In this document: one piece after another, positions 1 to 9,955 of the stretch
Layout: each line of letters opens with the position of its first letter
How positions within the stretch are numbered: position 1 is the stretch's first letter
Origin: Marinicella sp.
Lineage (GTDB): Bacteria > Pseudomonadota > Gammaproteobacteria > Xanthomonadales > Marinicellaceae
Length of the DNA: 64,000 nucleotides
Reading direction: 5' to 3'
NCBI GenBank assembly: GCA_965230295.1
Contig: OZ246001.1
Span: forward strand, 3,360,001-3,424,000
Notes under the pieces: generated by a model
What the model was told of the DNA's origin: nothing
Database searches by the model: none
What the model saw: only the letters and a program-made list of their open reading frames with translations
Made by a program: the position numbers and the translations under genes

Positions 1-10
1 AAACCTATTT

Positions 11-72
11 CTCCTTTACAACAAGAATTTTAAAAAACGGCGCATTTTCCCACTAAAGATATGAATAGTCAA
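11..72 (-). promoter_or_regulatory. sigma70 promoter and RBS of a divergent gene starting at the window edge (probably rpsT)
   Basis: Minus strand: TTGACT (72-67), 17-nt spacer, GAAAAT (49-44), GC-rich discriminator GCGCCG, then RBS AAAGGAG (17-11). rpsT is commonly divergent from murJ; the CDS itself lies outside the window. Confidence 0.6.
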
Positions 73-93
73 CATGGATAGGTTATTAATTGA

Positions 94-1638
94 ATGAATT
101 TAATTAAATCTACTGCTGTGGTGAGTTTTTTCACCCTGTTATCAAGAATTTCAGGCTTTGTCCGTGATGTATTGGTGGCCAGGTTTTTCGGTGCCAATTT
201 GCTCACAGATGCTTTTGTTGTGGCATTCAAGATACCTAATTTCATGCGCAGGTTGTTTGCTGAAGGTTCATTTTCTTTGGCGTTCATTCCGGTATTGAAT
301 GAAGTTAAGGCAAGGGAAAATAAGCAGGTTTTGCAAAACTTTGTCAATCATGTATTTGGTTGTTTGTTGGTGGTGTTGCTGTTGGTTGTGACCTTGTTGG
401 AGTTGATCGCTCCAGGTGTGATCACCGTATTTGCACCTGGTTTTCTGGACCATGAAATGGTGTTTCAGTCTACAGTTGATATGCTGCGCATCACGTTGCC
501 CTATTTGTTGTGTATTTCATTGGTGGCTTTCAGTGCAGGAATCCTCAACAGCTTTGGTCGATTTGCTTTGCCAGCGGCCACTCCAATCATTCTGAATCTG
601 GTGCTGATATGGTCTGCCTTGTATCTCAGGGATGAGTATGATGTCCCGGTGAAAGCGTTGGCTGTGGGTGTGCTGATTGCAGGTTTTTTGCAGTTGTTGG
701 TGCAAATTCCCGCTCTGATCCGATTGGGCCTATTGCCTAGACCAGTGGTTCGGTTTCATGATCCTGAGGTCAAGAAAGTGATGACTTTAATGCTGCCAAC
801 ATTATTGGGTTCATCGGTGGCACAAATCAATTTGTTGATTGATACCTTGTTGGCGACTTTATTGCCATTAGAAGGCAGTCCAACTTTTCTGTATTATACT
901 GATCGCTTGGTGGAGTTTCCTTTGGGTTTGTTCGGGATTGCCATTTCGACGGTGATTCTTCCAAAGCTGTCGATGGCATTTGCAGACCAAGACAAAGCAG
1001 ATTACCAAAAAACACTGAAATGGGCCATGTCTTTGGCCATGTTCATCGCACTGCCTTCAGCGGTTGGCTTGTTGTTGCTGGCCCAACCTGTTGTCATTAC
1101 ATTGTTTGCCTATGACCAATTCACTTTGCAAAATGCACTGTATACTTCGTACAGTTTGATGGTTTATATGGTGGGTTTACCTGCGTTTGTGGCCAACAAA
1201 GTTTTGTTACCGGCTTTTTACTCCAGGAAGGACACCAAATCTCCAGTTAAGATTGCTTTGAAGGCCATGTTGATCAATGTTATTCTGAACTTCGTCTTTG
1301 TAGGTATCTTGTACTATTTCGATGTGGTGTCATTGCACATGGGGTTGGCGATGGCTGGAGTCGGTTCTGCTTGGATGCAATGTGTGTGGCTTTACCGGAA
1401 ACTGCGACAAGACAACATCATCACAGCTGCTTTATTCAGTTTGGGCTATGTGTTGAAAATCAGTTTATCACTGACAATCATGGGCTTAAGCCTTTGGTGG
1501 GCCAGTCAATGGATGCCTGAATGGTATGAAATCAGGGCATACCGCAGGTTTTTGAATTTATTTGCATTGATTGGTGTGGGTGCAGCAGTCTATTTTGGGT
1601 CTATGTTTGCCCTCAGGGGACATAGGTACATCAGATGA
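94..1638 (+). CDS. murJ: lipid II flippase MurJ (MviN)
   Basis: TLLSRISGFVRD, AFKIPNFMRRLFAEG, DRLVEFPLGLFGIAI motifs; many TM helices; upstream of ribF. Confidence 0.97.
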   Translation: MNLIKSTAVVSFFTLLSRISGFVRDVLVARFFGANLLTDAFVVAFKIPNFMRRLFAEGSFSLAFIPVLNEVKARENKQVLQNFVNHVFGCLLVVLLLVVTLLELIAPGVITVFAPGFLDHEMVFQSTVDMLRITLPYLLCISLVAFSAGILNSFGRFALPAATPIILNLVLIWSALYLRDEYDVPVKALAVGVLIAGFLQLLVQIPALIRLGLLPRPVVRFHDPEVKKVMTLMLPTLLGSSVAQINLLIDTLLATLLPLEGSPTFLYYTDRLVEFPLGLFGIAISTVILPKLSMAFADQDKADYQKTLKWAMSLAMFIALPSAVGLLLLAQPVVITLFAYDQFTLQNALYTSYSLMVYMVGLPAFVANKVLLPAFYSRKDTKSPVKIALKAMLINVILNFVFVGILYYFDVVSLHMGLAMAGVGSAWMQCVWLYRKLRQDNIITAALFSLGYVLKISLSLTIMGLSLWWASQWMPEWYEIRAYRRFLNLFALIGVGAAVYFGSMFALRGHRYIR

Positions 1639-2573
1639 GATTTGTCAGGTATCCTCAGTTGAATCCTCTCAAGGCAAGCAGTTGTGTCACCATTGGAAAT
1701 TTTGATGGTATGCATTTGGGCCATCAGGCCTTGGTAAAGACAGTGGTTGAGCGCGCCCGGTTAAACAACCAACAAGCCGTGGTGGTGACCATGCAACCCT
1801 TGCCTTTACAACATTTTAATGGGCCGTATTCCATTGAAATCCTGACTCCGTTCAAGCATAAGTATCAAATACTCAAGTCATTGGGTGTGGATGTGATGTG
1901 CTGTTTGAATTTCAATAGCCAATTGGCAAGCATGGTGGCTCATGCATTCTTCGAAGACATTTTGTTGAAAGGCCTGAATGCCAATTACTTATTGGTTGGT
2001 GATGATTTTAAGTTTGGTGCGGATCGACAAGGAGATTTTAAAATGTTGCAGGCCCTTGCGACCGAATCAGCCATGTCAGTGGATCGCATGCATTCAATTT
2101 TGATTGGTGAAAAAAGGGTCAGTTCCACTTCAGTGAGGAGTCACCTGAGGGCGGGTGAGTTTTCTGCAGTTAAAGGGATGTTGGGACGAGACTTCAATGT
2201 TATAGGGCGAGTGGCACATGGAAAAAAATTAGGTCGAACTTTGGGATACCCAACCATAAACCTAGAGCTGAAACATGGTGCATTTCCGCTGCATGGAATT
2301 TATGTCGTGAGCATAATCATTGCTGGAATCAGACACCCGGCGGTGGCTTCAGTTGGATTCAATCCAAGTGTTGGTGGTAACGCCAAACGCATAGAAGTTT
2401 ATGTTTTGGATTTTGATCAACAAATTTATGGCCAAAGTGTTGAAGTTTTGTTTTATAAAAAGCTGCGAAATGAAGTAGAATTCGACAGCTTAACTGCATT
2501 GACTTCAGCCATAGAAAGCGATGTGAAAAAAACGAGAGAATATTTTGCCAAAAAATCAGGAGAACTGGTGTGA
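1635..2573 (+). CDS. ribF: bifunctional riboflavin kinase/FAD synthetase
   Basis: TIGNFDGMHLGHQ, VGDDFKFG, SSTSVR, GRTLGYPTIN motifs. Confidence 0.97.
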   Translation: MRFVRYPQLNPLKASSCVTIGNFDGMHLGHQALVKTVVERARLNNQQAVVVTMQPLPLQHFNGPYSIEILTPFKHKYQILKSLGVDVMCCLNFNSQLASMVAHAFFEDILLKGLNANYLLVGDDFKFGADRQGDFKMLQALATESAMSVDRMHSILIGEKRVSSTSVRSHLRAGEFSAVKGMLGRDFNVIGRVAHGKKLGRTLGYPTINLELKHGAFPLHGIYVVSIIIAGIRHPAVASVGFNPSVGGNAKRIEVYVLDFDQQIYGQSVEVLFYKKLRNEVEFDSLTALTSAIESDVKKTREYFAKKSGELV

Positions 2574-5371
2574 GCCAAGACTATAAAAACACGCTCAATT
2601 TACCCAAAACCAATTTTAAGATGAAAGCATCTTTGGCGACCAAAGAACCACAGTGGATTAAGCAGTGGAATAAAGAAGGTCTTTATGATGCATTACAAAA
2701 ACATCACAAGGACAACAAGCCGTTCATTTTGCATGATGGCCCTCCATATGCCAATGGTGCCATTCACATTGGTCATGCGGTTAATAAGATTTTAAAAGAC
2801 ATCATCGTTAAATCTAAAATGATGTCTGGTTTCAGGGCACCTTATGTACCGGGTTGGGATTGCCATGGTTTACCGATTGAAGTACAGGTTGAAAAGAAAG
2901 TAGGCAAAGTGGGGCAAAAAGTCGACGCCAAAGTGTTCAGGCAAAAATGTCGGGATTATGCTGAAAACCAAATCAGGATTCAAAAGCAGGATTTCATACG
3001 TCTGGGGGTGTTAGGGGATTGGGAAAACCCTTACATGACCAAGTCATTTGATTACGAAGCCAACATGATCCGTGCTTTGGCAGAAATAGCCAAAAACAAC
3101 CACATTGAAAAAGGTGTTAAGCCTGTAAACTGGTGTTTTGATTGTGGTTCGGCACTGGCCGAGGCAGAAATTGAATACCAGGACAAAACTTCACCTGCCA
3201 TAGATGTGGCATTTGATTTTGTTGCACCTGATGCGGTGGCTGAAAAGTTCGGTGTGCCTTCAATGGAAAAAACAGTGGCGGTGCCCATATGGACCACGAC
3301 CCCATGGACCATTCCAGCCAACCGGGCAGTGTCTTTGCATCCTGAATTGTCATACGCACTGGTCAGTGGTCATAGCAAGTACCTTTTGGTGGTGGCTGAG
3401 TCAATGGTTGATGAGGTGATGTCTCGATTAGGTGTTGATGACCATGAAGTGTTGGCTACTGTAATAGGCAGTGAACTTGAGCTACTTAAACTAAAACACC
3501 CCATCTATGACATACAGGTGCCGGTAGTTCTGGGTGAACATGTCAACACGGAAGCGGGTACCGGTGCTGTTCATACGGCCCCAGGACATGGTGTTGACGA
3601 TTTTCTGGTGGGCAAAAAATATGATTTGGAAATCTACAATCCAGTCGATTCTGATGGTGTTTATTTGCCGGATACAGAACGCTTTGCAGGTCAGCATGTT
3701 TGGCAAGCCAATAAAACCGTGGTGGAGGCACTGTCTGAAACGGGCCAGTTACTGCATCACGAAAACATTCAGCACAGTTACCCTCATTGTTGGCGCCATA
3801 AAACGCCAACGGCTTTCAGAACCACGCCGCAATGGTTCATCAGTATGGATAAAGAAGGCTTACGTACCCAGTCATTGAATGAAATCAAACAAGTACAATG
3901 GATTCCTTCTTGGGGCGAAGAACGCATCTATAAAATGATAGAAAATAGACCAGAATGGTGTATTTCTAGGCAGCGAACATGGGGGGTGCCAATCACCATG
4001 TATGTAAACAAGCAAACAGGGGAGTTGCACCCAGATACCGCCACGATCATGGAAGATGTCGCCAAGAAGGTGGAACTTAAAGGCATGGATGTTTGGTATG
4101 ATTTGGATGATTCGCAATTTTTAGGTGATGAAATCGATGCCTATGAAAAGGTCACAGATGTTTTGGATGTGTGGTTTGATTCTGGCGTCACACATTACTG
4201 TGTCTTGAAGCAAAATGAAGTGTTGTCCGAACCGGCAGATTTGTATCTTGAAGGATCTGATCAACACCGCGGTTGGTTTCATTCATCTTTGTTAACCGGG
4301 GTGGCCATCAATGACCGTGCACCTTACAAGCAAGTGTTGACTCATGGCTTCGTGGTAGACAAAGACGGCAAAAAAATGTCGAAATCTTTGGGTAATGTGA
4401 TTTCCCCTAAAGACGTGGTTAACACCTTGGGAGCAGATATTTTGCGACTGTGGGTGGCATCTGCTGATTACCGTGGCGAAATGACCATTTCAGACGAGAT
4501 TTTGAATCGTGCTGCCGATGGTTATCGTCGCATCAGAAACACGGCACGATTTATGCTGGGCAACCTCAATGAATTTGGGACTGAAAACTTGTTGCCTTTG
4601 AATCAGTGCACAGAAATAGATTTGTGGGCCATCAACCAGGCCAAAGAGCTGCAAGAAGAGGTGATTGAGTGCTACGATGCCTACCAATTACATTTGGTGT
4701 TTCAGAAAGTTTTACACTTTTGTTCTCAAGAAATGGGTGCGTTCTATTTGGATGTGATCAAAGACCGGCTATACACATGTCATAAAGACAGTGCGGCACG
4801 CAGATCTGCCCAAACGGCCATGTATCATATATTGAACTCATTACAATGCTTGATTACCCCCATACTGACTTTCACTGCAGATGAAATCAGGCTTTCACGA
4901 GGGCAGAAAAAGCACATATTGTTCTCGCAATGGTATAACTTTCCTGACATTGATTTTGCTGACCAGGCTGACAAATGGCAATTGATTGCAGCCATCAGGC
5001 AAGCCGTTTCTAAACAGCTTGAAAACCTGAGGGTGGCTGGAGAAATAGGCTCATCGCTTGATGCCGAGGTTAACTTATTTTTACCAGATGATTTGTTTGC
5101 ACAACTACAAAACATGTCAGCTGATTTGCGTTTTGTGTTGATCACCTCTGAAGCCAATATTCATCCATGGTCCGAACGCGGTGATGCTGAGGCCATTGAG
5201 TTGGCATCAGGTGAACACATTGCTGTGACAGCCAAAACGGCAGCCGGTGAAAAGTGTGAACGCTGTTGGCACATCAGAACCGATGTTGGTGTTAACGCCA
5301 ACCACCCAACTATTTGTGGTCGTTGTGTCGAGAATGTTGACGGACCGGGCGAAATCAGGAGATTTGCTTGA
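2570..5371 (+). CDS. ileS: isoleucine-tRNA ligase (type 1)
   Basis: HDGPPYANGAIHIGH (HIGH), KMSKS, WCISRQR, C-terminal CERCW...CGRC zinc finger; GTG start. Confidence 0.99.
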   Translation: MSQDYKNTLNLPKTNFKMKASLATKEPQWIKQWNKEGLYDALQKHHKDNKPFILHDGPPYANGAIHIGHAVNKILKDIIVKSKMMSGFRAPYVPGWDCHGLPIEVQVEKKVGKVGQKVDAKVFRQKCRDYAENQIRIQKQDFIRLGVLGDWENPYMTKSFDYEANMIRALAEIAKNNHIEKGVKPVNWCFDCGSALAEAEIEYQDKTSPAIDVAFDFVAPDAVAEKFGVPSMEKTVAVPIWTTTPWTIPANRAVSLHPELSYALVSGHSKYLLVVAESMVDEVMSRLGVDDHEVLATVIGSELELLKLKHPIYDIQVPVVLGEHVNTEAGTGAVHTAPGHGVDDFLVGKKYDLEIYNPVDSDGVYLPDTERFAGQHVWQANKTVVEALSETGQLLHHENIQHSYPHCWRHKTPTAFRTTPQWFISMDKEGLRTQSLNEIKQVQWIPSWGEERIYKMIENRPEWCISRQRTWGVPITMYVNKQTGELHPDTATIMEDVAKKVELKGMDVWYDLDDSQFLGDEIDAYEKVTDVLDVWFDSGVTHYCVLKQNEVLSEPADLYLEGSDQHRGWFHSSLLTGVAINDRAPYKQVLTHGFVVDKDGKKMSKSLGNVISPKDVVNTLGADILRLWVASADYRGEMTISDEILNRAADGYRRIRNTARFMLGNLNEFGTENLLPLNQCTEIDLWAINQAKELQEEVIECYDAYQLHLVFQKVLHFCSQEMGAFYLDVIKDRLYTCHKDSAARRSAQTAMYHILNSLQCLITPILTFTADEIRLSRGQKKHILFSQWYNFPDIDFADQADKWQLIAAIRQAVSKQLENLRVAGEIGSSLDAEVNLFLPDDLFAQLQNMSADLRFVLITSEANIHPWSERGDAEAIELASGEHIAVTAKTAAGEKCERCWHIRTDVGVNANHPTICGRCVENVDGPGEIRRFA

Positions 5372-5874
5372 TGGACATCAGGTCAACAGGGCTGAAGTAT
5401 TTGTGGGTCAGTTTTTTGGTGTTGATTTTAGACCAATGGACCAAATCTTTGGCCAGTGCAAATCTTGATTTGTATGTACCGAATAAAATCACTGATTTCT
5501 TCAATTTAACCTTGATGCACAACGAAGGTGTGGCATTCAGCTTGTTGGCTGATCAATCCGGCTGGCAAAGGTATTTCATCTCGGTGGTGGCTTCATTGAT
5601 TGTCATTTGGTTGCTGTATTGGCTGTATAAAAACAAGCCCTCTATGAAATTACAAAACACGGCCTTGGTACTGGTCATTGGCGGTGCATTGGGTAACATA
5701 TGGGATCGGGTGTTGTTGGGCTATGTGGTTGACTTTGTTGAATTGCACTATAACGGTTATTATTGGCCTGCGTTCAATGTGGCAGATTCTGCCATCTCCT
5801 TAGGAGCCGTTTTGTTGATCATTGATGCCTTCAAAAATAAACAAGTGGACGACCATGAAAGTTCTGCTGGCTAA
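5368..5874 (+). CDS. lspA: lipoprotein signal peptidase II
   Basis: [37 protein letters not shown] motifs. Confidence 0.97.
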   Translation: MMDIRSTGLKYLWVSFLVLILDQWTKSLASANLDLYVPNKITDFFNLTLMHNEGVAFSLLADQSGWQRYFISVVASLIVIWLLYWLYKNKPSMKLQNTALVLVIGGALGNIWDRVLLGYVVDFVELHYNGYYWPAFNVADSAISLGAVLLIIDAFKNKQVDDHESSAG

Positions 5875-6805
5875 CCCGCGAGGCTTTTGTGCCGGTGTTG
5901 ACCGTGCCATTGATATCGTTAACCGGGCTTTGGACTCTTTCGGTGCCCCCATCTATGTGCGCCATGAAGTGGTGCACAACCAATTTGTGGTGAATAAGCT
6001 GAGAGACCGTGGTGCAGTATTTGTTGATGAACTGGATGAAATACCAGATAACCAGATTGTGATTTTTTCAGCCCATGGTGTTTCAAAAGCAGTCAGGAAA
6101 GAAGCCGCTGAGCGTCAGTTAAAGGTGTTTGATGCCACTTGTCCTTTGGTAACTAAAGTTCATATAGAAGTGTACAGGTACTGCAAACAAGGGTTTGATT
6201 TGATATTAATTGGTCACCATGGACACCCTGAAGTGGAAGGTACTTTGGGACAATGGGACAAATTGAGTGGTCAAGGAACCATCTATTTGGTTGACTCTGT
6301 CGCTGAGGCCCAAGCCATACAGGTCAATCAACCAACTCAAATTGCCTATGTGACCCAAACCACACTCTCAATGGATGACACCAGGGACATCATTCACGAA
6401 TTGCGTCAACGATTCCCAATGATCGAAGGGCCGAAACATGATGACATTTGCTACGCCACCCAAAACAGACAGATGGCCGTTAGGCAATTGGCAGCACAAA
6501 CTGATCTGGTTTTGGTGGTTGGGAGTATCAACAGTTCCAATTCAAACCGTTTGAAAGAGCTGGCTGAACGCGAAGGGGTGACTTCCTATTTAATAGATGG
6601 AGCCACCGACATCAACAGGCAATGGTTTTCAGGTGTCAGAACAGTTGGGCTGACCGCTGGTGCTTCTGCGCCTGAGAAATTGGTCAGAGATGTGATAACA
6701 GCCATTGAGGGATTCAGTGCAGAGCTTGAAGTTCTGGAACTCGATGGAGAGCCTGAAAACATGGTGTTTGCGCTGCCCAAAGAGCTCCGTTTGGTTCAAA
6801 AATAA
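5855..6805 (+). CDS. ispH: 4-hydroxy-3-methylbut-2-enyl diphosphate reductase
   Basis: Starts [15 protein letters not shown] (ATG at 5855, overlapping the lspA end); [32 protein letters not shown]. Confidence 0.97.
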   Translation: MKVLLANPRGFCAGVDRAIDIVNRALDSFGAPIYVRHEVVHNQFVVNKLRDRGAVFVDELDEIPDNQIVIFSAHGVSKAVRKEAAERQLKVFDATCPLVTKVHIEVYRYCKQGFDLILIGHHGHPEVEGTLGQWDKLSGQGTIYLVDSVAEAQAIQVNQPTQIAYVTQTTLSMDDTRDIIHELRQRFPMIEGPKHDDICYATQNRQMAVRQLAAQTDLVLVVGSINSSNSNRLKELAEREGVTSYLIDGATDINRQWFSGVRTVGLTAGASAPEKLVRDVITAIEGFSAELEVLELDGEPENMVFALPKELRLVQK

Positions 6806-6835
6806 CCGTTTATCAAGGTATTCATACCGTCAATC
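6805..6835 (+). promoter_or_regulatory. candidate LytTR-family (AlgR-like) binding site, direct repeat
   Basis: ACCGTTTATC (6805-6814) and ACCGTCAATC (6826-6835), 21-bp period, about 80 bp upstream of the minor pilin operon. Confidence 0.45.
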
Positions 6836-6913
6836 AGATTCAGACTGATCTCTCTTGTGTGCTTGACAACGATCACCTATGATTCATGGTGGTTAAAATC
6901 AAAAGAAATGTAA

Positions 6914-7420
6914 GTGCGCAAATTACAACACAAAAATAAAGGGTTTAGTTTAATCGAACTGTTCATAACCTTACTGATAGGTTCGCTGTTGTTGGCTTGG
7001 GGTGTCCCAAGCTACCGTGACTTTAAAGTCAGGAAACAAGTCAGCGACACAGCCAATGAAATTGTTTACAGTTTTAATTTGGCCCGAGCCGAGGCCATCC
7101 GCTTTGGTGTTAACGTGAAAGTTGATCGCAACGGCAACAACTGGAAAAATGGTTGGAATGTCTACACGCTTGACGAAAACGGTGCCAACGACACCTTGGT
7201 TCACCAACAATTGGCATTGCCGGGCACGATGAAATTAACCCAATCGGGTGGATTTACTGGCGATTTGGAATTCAATAACCTGGGGGCATTGGTTTTAGGC
7301 GTAGGTACGCAATTTGCAGTCGAAGATGATCCCAGTGTCAATGGCTCAGCTGCGGTTGCAAACAGTCGCAGAAACATCATTGTCAGTCCATCAGGCTCAG
7401 CCAGGGTGGTGAAACCATGA
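6914..7420 (+). CDS. fimT: type IV minor pilin FimT/FimU (GspH family)
   Basis: Prepilin site KG/FSLIELFITL; ARAEAI motif; W..GW; first gene of the cluster. Confidence 0.85.
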   Translation: MRKLQHKNKGFSLIELFITLLIGSLLLAWGVPSYRDFKVRKQVSDTANEIVYSFNLARAEAIRFGVNVKVDRNGNNWKNGWNVYTLDENGANDTLVHQQLALPGTMKLTQSGGFTGDLEFNNLGALVLGVGTQFAVEDDPSVNGSAAVANSRRNIIVSPSGSARVVKP

Positions 7421-7959
7421 AATATTTAAAGCATAAAAATCAGTTGGGTGGATCAAGAGCAAGCGGATTTACACTGTTAGAAGTGTTGGTGGCCGTATTG
7501 GTCTTTTCGTTTGGCATGTTAGGTATTGCCGGTTTGATGTCAATTTCTGTGAAAAACAACCACAATGGCTATTTACGCTCACAAGCCAATTTTCTGGCAG
7601 AAAACATGGTGGACCGCATGCGGGCCAACCCGGTTGCATTGTGGAATGATGATTATACTGGAACCGCTGCTACAGGTGCCAGTAACTGTGATTCGCCTTG
7701 TACCTATGCAGAACTGGCCACCTATGATATGGAACAATGGGCGCAAAGTTTGTCTTTCATCTTGCCCAATGCGGTGGGCACCATTGCCTGTGTCAGAAAC
7801 ACCAATTTACCGACGAGCATTTCATTGGCAGATCCTCCTTCCATCTGGTTCCCTGCACCTCCATACTCTGGTGTTTGTACGGTGACCGTTTCTTGGACTG
7901 AGTCTAATCGGGATGGCGCTGCCGATGCCCAAACATTAACTATGGTGGTACAGCCATGA
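7417..7959 (+). CDS. pilV: type IV minor pilin PilV
   Basis: G/FTLLEVLVAVLVFSFGMLGIAGL; RSQANFLAENMVDRMRAN. Confidence 0.92.
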   Translation: MKYLKHKNQLGGSRASGFTLLEVLVAVLVFSFGMLGIAGLMSISVKNNHNGYLRSQANFLAENMVDRMRANPVALWNDDYTGTAATGASNCDSPCTYAELATYDMEQWAQSLSFILPNAVGTIACVRNTNLPTSISLADPPSIWFPAPPYSGVCTVTVSWTESNRDGAADAQTLTMVVQP

Positions 7960-9293
7960 GAAATTCGGAAAACAACATGAAGAATAAACAGTTGGGCTTT
8001 TCTTTGATTGAATTGATGGTGGCCATGGTCATAGGTTTGATCATTCTGTTGGGTTTGGTGTCCTTGTTCACCAGTTCTAGTAACCTCAACAGGGCACAAA
8101 GTGGTTTGTCCGTCCTGCAGGAAAATGGTCGTTATGCCATGATGCGGATCAAACAAGACATCGAAAATGCCGGTAGAAAACATTGTGCCACTGTGGCACT
8201 GCCATCATCATTCACCACTGATTGGAATCAAGGTTATGAAATGTCCAGTTGGTTGATTGATCAAAGTATTGATATGACGACCTTGCCAAGTGGTTGGCCC
8301 AGAGCCAATCAAGTGATGCTGGATGATGCCAATGACAATGACCAGCTGAGTGATGGTACAGCCGCCGGGTTACTGGCTGCAGCCACTCCATACCCATTGG
8401 ATCCAGGCTTCTTTATTCGCGGGCATGAATGTGCTGGCAGTTCTTGTTTACCTGCCGTAGGGATATTGGGTGGTGATGACGCCACGAAACTCAGGAGTAT
8501 GGGTGTCACTTCAGGTAGTCGAGTACCCAGTACAGATATTTTAACAGTGCGTTATTTAACAGGTGGAACCCGAGTGACCAATGTCGATGCAACTACAAAT
8601 GTAGCGACCACCGAAACTTTGCCAACTGGTATCACAGGGAATGCCCTGATAGCAGATTGTAACACCGCCATGATGACCACCGCTACTTGGGGTGGGAGTG
8701 CAGTAACTTTAGGCCAAGTGCCATTCTTGGCAGTCGATTCAGACACGAAAGTGTTTAGCATGACCCAAGATTTCAAAACGGTCAGTTATTTTATTGGTGT
8801 TGATACAGACGTCAGTAATGCCAATCGCTTAGTCAGTTCCTTGTACCGAATGGAAAATGGAGTTGTGCAGCAATTGGTTGAAGGTGTAGAAAGGTTTGAT
8901 GTGTTTTATTTGGCCCAATTGCAAACTGGCCATGTGGCCAGACTCACTGCCGATCAAGTGCAAAATGTTCAAGGTGGTGGTGACAACAACAACGATGGTC
9001 TTATTGATCAAATCGAAGGTTGTGTTATTCAACCAACAACAGCCTCACTGACCAATTACAAGTTGGCCAACGACGCTGGTTGTTTGTGGCGCTCGATCTA
9101 TGCCATTGAAGTTCATTTGTTGATGAATACCGTCAGTAACAGCACCCCGTTAGACAACGAAGTTTTTATCTATTCACCTGATGGATTGACACCACAAGAT
9201 CCCAGTTTAGGTTTGACCACTGGTCTGCCAGCTGAAAGGATGTATCGCAAAGAATTCTCAGCCATTGTTCCTATAAGGAGTTACACATTATGA
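7956..9293 (+). CDS. pilW: type IV minor pilin PilW (long form; start may be 7977)
   Basis: G/FSLIELMVAMVIGLIIL; LQENGRYAM; QLVEGVERFDVFY. Confidence 0.9.
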   Translation: MRNSENNMKNKQLGFSLIELMVAMVIGLIILLGLVSLFTSSSNLNRAQSGLSVLQENGRYAMMRIKQDIENAGRKHCATVALPSSFTTDWNQGYEMSSWLIDQSIDMTTLPSGWPRANQVMLDDANDNDQLSDGTAAGLLAAATPYPLDPGFFIRGHECAGSSCLPAVGILGGDDATKLRSMGVTSGSRVPSTDILTVRYLTGGTRVTNVDATTNVATTETLPTGITGNALIADCNTAMMTTATWGGSAVTLGQVPFLAVDSDTKVFSMTQDFKTVSYFIGVDTDVSNANRLVSSLYRMENGVVQQLVEGVERFDVFYLAQLQTGHVARLTADQVQNVQGGGDNNNDGLIDQIEGCVIQPTTASLTNYKLANDAGCLWRSIYAIEVHLLMNTVSNSTPLDNEVFIYSPDGLTPQDPSLGLTTGLPAERMYRKEFSAIVPIRSYTL

Positions 9294-9943
9294 GCATAAA
9301 TTTCAGAAAAAGAAAACAACAAGAAGGTGCCGCATTGGCTGTTGGCTTAATCCTGTTGTTAATCATCACCTTAATGGGCTATACCGGCATGAAAGGAACC
9401 ATCCTGCAAGAGAAAATGGCGGCTGGTTTGAAAAACAGGAGCATGGCCTATTCTGGCGCGCAAAGTGCGCTGCGAGCTGGCGAACAGTTCCTGTATAATT
9501 TGGTTGAAAGCACCAATGGCGTGGTGATAGAAGGTACAGCCGCTGGGTCATTGTCAAACATCTATTCCATGTACAACACGCCTGGAGTGGCTTCATCTGG
9601 CTTGAACACAACAGTTGAGAATTTCATGCAAAATGATTGGTCCACACCCGGGTCATCTCCAGGTCACGACTATACTGCCAGCAGTTTCGTAGGCTCATCA
9701 TTGAGTGTTCAACCTGAATTCATGATTCAGCACATTCGAGGCACCAACGCTGGTGGTGCAGGATCCGCAAACATCACAGTCGAGTTCGGTAACTACGGTG
9801 CCGGCGGCGGCGGTGGAGGCGGTTCGTCTCCACAGCAATCCACGTTTCTAATCACAGGTAAAAGCAGAAGTGGTGATGGTAAATCATTTGCCATGCTTCA
9901 ATCGGTTTATACAGCTGTACCCAACAGCTCGCCCAGTCAATAA
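9290..9943 (+). CDS. pilX: type IV minor pilin PilX
   Basis: QEG/AALAVGLILLLIITLMG lacking Glu+5, as typical for PilX; QEKMAAG, AQSALRAGE. Confidence 0.9.
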   Translation: MSINFRKRKQQEGAALAVGLILLLIITLMGYTGMKGTILQEKMAAGLKNRSMAYSGAQSALRAGEQFLYNLVESTNGVVIEGTAAGSLSNIYSMYNTPGVASSGLNTTVENFMQNDWSTPGSSPGHDYTASSFVGSSLSVQPEFMIQHIRGTNAGGAGSANITVEFGNYGAGGGGGGGSSPQQSTFLITGKSRSGDGKSFAMLQSVYTAVPNSSPSQ

Positions 9944-9955
9944 TCAGAGGTTCAC

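Noticed and set aside
9797-9825. GGC/GGT run in pilX as a phase-variable repeat
   Set aside because: In-frame mixed-codon poly-Gly linker; slippage would not shift the frame
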